In this document: piece by piece, positions 36,243 through 39,306 of the stretch
How positions within the stretch are numbered: the stretch's first letter is position 1
How the letters are laid out: the number at the start of each line of letters is the position of its first letter
DNA from: a virus
Taxonomy: Duplodnaviria > Heunggongvirae > Uroviricota > Caudoviricetes
Reading direction: 5' to 3' (one strand)
Length of the DNA stretch: 39,306 bases
Virus record (IMG/VR): IMGVR_UViG_3300025693_000001
The notes under the pieces: generated by a model
Database searches by the model: none
What the model saw: the letters and a program-made list of their open reading frames with translations, nothing else
Told to the model about the DNA's origin: nothing
Program-made: the position numbers and the translations under genes

Positions 36243-36995
36243 ATAATAATATATTAAATGGATTTAATATATTATTTAATTGTTGATTTTTTTGTAAATG
36301 TGTTGTTTGTTTTTATATAAGGGTTATCTAATATTCGAATATTATAATATTCGAATATCATTACATAAAAACAAAAATAATATTAAATCCATTTAATATT
36401 ATTTAATCAATCTATTTTATCCAACCATATCACTTATCCAAACTTTCAAACTATCCACATAATCAACCAACTTAACCTCTCTAATCTCCTCTTTATACCA
36501 TCTTATATCATCATCACCAACCATATCACATTCACTCACCATATCATTAAAAATCTCCTTCTCTAAATCACACAAATCACTACAAATCATTTCATTCAAT
36601 TTAACAACATCACCACCACACTCATCACCACCTAATAAATTAATTACAATACTACCTTCATTAATATATACCAACATTTCAATTCTCTCTTTTTTATTAA
36701 TTAAATTTATATTATACACCATTTTTAAATTAAATATAATATAATTTAATAATATTTTAATTTTTATATTTAATATTTTAATAATAATATTTTAATAAAT
36801 TTATTAAATTTATTAATTAATTTAATTTAAAAATATATTATATAATATATATTAATACAAAACAACTATTATTTTATATATTAGTATTTCCGAATATTAT
36901 AATATTCGAATAACATTATATAAAAAACAAACATCAATTTTAATAAAAGTCAACAATTAATAATATATTAAATCCATTTAATATATTATTAATTC
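36243..36995. repeat. ~110-bp imperfect inverted repeat (about 36243-36358 and 36885-36995)
   Basis: Shared ATAATATATTAAATGGATTTAATAT..TTGTTGA.TTTT..TGTTTGTTTT.TATATAA..TTCGAATATTATAATATTCG. Confidence 0.75.
36417..36677 (-). CDS. acidic hypothetical protein
   Basis: ATG 36677 after AAGAGAGAA; TATAAT at 36716-36711. Confidence 0.72.
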   Translation of the reverse strand: MLVYINEGSIVINLLGGDECGGDVVKLNEMICSDLCDLEKEIFNDMVSECDMVGDDDIRWYKEEIREVKLVDYVDSLKVWISDMVG

Positions 36996-37001
36996 ACTAA
37001 C

Positions 37002-37238
37002 CTAACTACCTTTTCTAATTATCTCATAACCATAATCAACAAATTTAACCTTCATATAACCCTCAATACTTTCAACAATATCCATATCATCAAAATCCTC
37101 TAACCACACATCAAAACCTTCTTCTTCTACATTACACAACAACCTTAACACCTCATACTCATCACCACACTTCATTTCCTTTCTCTCAACAACTACACCA
37201 ACACTATTTAAACATAATATAATATAAACATTTAACAT
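37002..37238 (-). CDS. acidic hypothetical protein
   Basis: TTGTTT-17-TATAAT and GAGAG RBS. Confidence 0.72.
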   Translation of the reverse strand: MLNVYIILCLNSVGVVVERKEMKCGDEYEVLRLLCNVEEEGFDVWLEDFDDMDIVESIEGYMKVKFVDYGYEIIRKGS

Positions 37239-37455
37239 TTTGGTCTCTCAATTAATTAACTTAAAAACATATTATATAACATATATTAATATAAAACAAC
37301 CATTATTTTAATTAATTTGTATACTAGTACTTCCGAATATTATAATATTCGAAAATACTAATATATTAATATAAAATTAATTTAATAATAAAGTTGCTTT
37401 TTTATATCAATACTGTACAATAGCTTTATTGATTAACAAAACAGAGAGATACTAA

Positions 37456-37722
37456 ATGTTTTTATATAAAAGAATTATTAAAAGAAATGACGAAATAGTT
37501 TTAATCGATAGTATTATAGTCAAAGACTATCAACGAGATATCAAATCTAGTTTAATACTATTTTTACAAAATAGTGATTACTGTTGGATTTCAAATGGTG
37601 AGAGTACTGAGTATATTGAAAATGTTATTAATACTGAATTTGAATTAATTGACGATAATTATATTAGTGTTTACGAATCTGATACAAACGAAATGACTGA
37701 AATATATTATTGTAAAATCTGA
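37456..37722 (+). CDS. hypothetical protein
   Basis: Own promoter module. Confidence 0.78.
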   Translation: MFLYKRIIKRNDEIVLIDSIIVKDYQRDIKSSLILFLQNSDYCWISNGESTEYIENVINTEFELIDDNYISVYESDTNEMTEIYYCKI

Positions 37723-37975
37723 TTAACAAATAACAAAATATATCAACACAAGGATGTGTTGATATATTTATAATATAATGATTCCCGAATATTCGAATAT
37801 TATAATATTCGAAAGTACTAATATGAAATTAATTTAAAATAATTGTAGACTTTATATATATTTAAAGTATAATATATTAAATGGAATTAAATAAAAACAC
37901 ATATAACAATTTATTAATTATATTAATAAATAATTATAATTTAATTTCATATATTACTATTCCATTATATTAGAG

Positions 37976-38320
37976 ATGACTACTATGAAAATGTTAAAAA
38001 AAGTACAAAAATTGTTAAGTAATAAAGCTGTTGACTTTTTGGTTGGAGTGGGGGGGTATGATAGAGATATTATGGAAATGGATGAAATAAATGTTGTCTT
38101 TTTGGATAATATAAAATACAACAAATTGAATAACATAATCGAATATCAGTATTTTATAACATACTACAATAATTTGGATGATGAGTTTTGTACAACTATT
38201 TTGGAAATAACTGTTGACAAAAATAACAAAGTGATAGGGTGTGACTTTTCAGGTTGTAATTTACACAGTGGTTTTAAGTCTCACACAGAAGCTGAGAATT
38301 CTCTAAAAGTCAACAGTTAA
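37976..38320 (+). CDS. hypothetical protein (paralog of 21557-21889)
   Basis: GG..I..LDNIKY..YQYFI..DD..TILEITVDK..DFSGC.LH; start uncertain. Confidence 0.75.
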   Translation: MTTMKMLKKVQKLLSNKAVDFLVGVGGYDRDIMEMDEINVVFLDNIKYNKLNNIIEYQYFITYYNNLDDEFCTTILEITVDKNNKVIGCDFSGCNLHSGFKSHTEAENSLKVNS

Positions 38321-38716
38321 TTTAATATATAATAAGTGGTTGTATTTTTGTATTAAAAATTGTATAATATCTTTTTTAATTAATTAAATAAATTATAAAA
38401 TTATGTTTAACAAAACAAAAAAAGCATATTTAATAATCAACAGTTATTATTTTTATTATATCATTTTAAATCCATATATTCAAATATTCAAAAAACAATT
38501 AATAATCAACATTAATAACTCAAACATTCAAATAACATTATACAAATAAACTAATTTAATATAATAATATAGTCATATATTATTATATTTTTTATATTAT
38601 CAATACCGAATATTATAATATTCGAATATTCGAATAACATTATAACAAAACAAATGGTTGTCTTTTAATATTAATAATGTACAATAGCTTTATTGATTAA
38701 CAAAACAGAGATACAT

Positions 38717-38857
38717 ATGCAACATACAGAACCATTTGAATATGAACTTTTAATGTCATCAGAAGATCACTTGAAATTAGTCAAAATTGGTAAGATTATT
38801 GTTAATAGTATTATAAGCTTAGGTACAATTTTATTAGGAATTGTTGTATATATTTAG
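38717..38857 (+). CDS. small membrane protein (46 aa)
   Basis: My translation ending IIVNSIISLGTILLGIVVYI; promoter 38658. Confidence 0.65.
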   Translation: MQHTEPFEYELLMSSEDHLKLVKIGKIIVNSIISLGTILLGIVVYI

Positions 38858-38917
38858 TTGACTATTTGAATCAATATAGTATAATAGCTATATTGATTCA
38901 AACAAAGAGAGAATAAA

Positions 38918-39112
38918 ATGAGTACTGAATTAACTACATTAACATCAAATGTTAACAACCACATATCTGTTACTACATTCGGTGGTGGCCCTATTAGAAG
39001 AAGATGCATTCAATTGAATCAAGTATCAGATGATGGTATACAATACATTCAACTTACCGAAGATCAAGTCAAACAACAAATCAAAGTAATGTCCGATTGG
39101 TTAAATAAATAG
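38918..39112 (+). CDS. hypothetical protein
   Basis: Hairpin-type promoter 38858. Confidence 0.78.
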   Translation: MSTELTTLTSNVNNHISVTTFGGGPIRRRCIQLNQVSDDGIQYIQLTEDQVKQQIKVMSDWLNK

Positions 39113-39191
39113 TTGCCTTTTTATATCAAAGATGTATAATAGATTTTGTGGTAGGGAATTAACTCAACCACATCAACAAAGAGAGAATACC

Positions 39192-39306
39192 ATGTTTTAT
39201 ATTATGAATGCTTCAGCAATGACAGGTCCTAAAGCAATTACAGTAGAAGAAGTAATTGAACACATGGGAACCGATTGTACCATCATTGTAGGCAAAAGAG
39301 AAATAT
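39192..39306 (+). CDS. hypothetical protein, truncated by window end
   Basis: ATG after GAGAGAA; open to edge. Confidence 0.65.
   Translation, partial: MFYIMNASAMTGPKAITVEEVIEHMGTDCTIIVGKREI

Larger units (their letters stand above)
35758..37883 (+). repeat. ~97-bp near-identical direct repeat (35758-35855 and 37786-37883)
   Basis: CGAATATTCGAATATTATAATATTCGAAAGTACTAATATGAAATTAATTTAAAATAATTGT...TTTAAAGTATAATATATTAAATG in both. Confidence 0.88.
15925..38635. repeat. dispersed palindromic (AATATTnn)3-4 element, about 20 copies
   Basis: Copies near 15925, 16608, 16876, 17341, 18281, 19252, 19943, 21442, 21949, 22924, 24677, 25987, 27872, 29821, 33487, 35346, 35757, 36331, 36890, 37332, 37785, 38606; best is perfect 38-bp palindrome 25987-26024. 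Confidence 0.92.
16927..39140 (+). promoter_or_regulatory. array of ~45 sigma70-type promoter+leader modules, consensus GTTG(T/A/C)CT-N16-TATAATAGCTTTATTGATTAACAAAACAGAGAGAA-N4-6-ATG
   Basis: -35 starts at 16927, 17393, 17633, 17942, 18332, 18559, 18971, 19305, 19994, 20379, 20673, 21057, 21494, 22010, 22977, 23250, 23696, 23991, 24349, 24729, 24931, 25413, 26044, 26371, 26627, 26913, 27919, 28317, 29875, 30176, 30537, 31033, 31123, 33182, 33534, 33907, 34488, 37394, 38658, 38858, 39113; minus-strand copies at 35717 and 37299. Confidence 0.93.

Noticed and set aside
16920-39306. True integron (attC) array
   Set aside because: No IntI/tyrosine recombinase in the window and no RYYYAAC/GTTRRRY core pair; repeats carry promoters, unlike typical integron cassettes. 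Kept only as analogy.

Overview
Fragment of a large, AT-rich lytic phage genome. Sigma70-type -35/-10 promoters, GGAG/GAGAG RBSs and an OmpA domain point to a diderm, probably proteobacterial host (inference). No structural, replication, rRNA, tRNA or CRISPR genes are visible. Left arm (1-14.4 kb): densely packed minus-strand genes including a NADAR protein, a YfbU homologue, two paralogous YD-like repeat proteins, and a five-gene operon (acidic protein, membrane-anchored PspA-like protein, substrate-binding protein fused to OmpA, ABC permease, ABC ATPase). Right part (16.9-39.3 kb): about 45 near-identical promoter+leader modules, mostly one per small ORF, punctuated by repeated terminators and AATATT-periodic palindromes, resembling a shufflable early/host-takeover cassette array. 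Best candidate for an undescribed system: a ~255-nt non-coding RNA (about 33216-33472) and a second hairpin (29729-29761) show the same 11-nt loop, U(C/A)CUCUCUCUU, on three unrelated stems. The loop is complementary to the AGAGAGA ribosome-binding motif in ~28 cassette leaders, suggesting an RNA switch acting on a whole gene class. Also, many promoters put their -10 box in the loop of a hairpin whose arms covary between copies. Coordinates were counted by hand; functions are motif-based inference, not database results.
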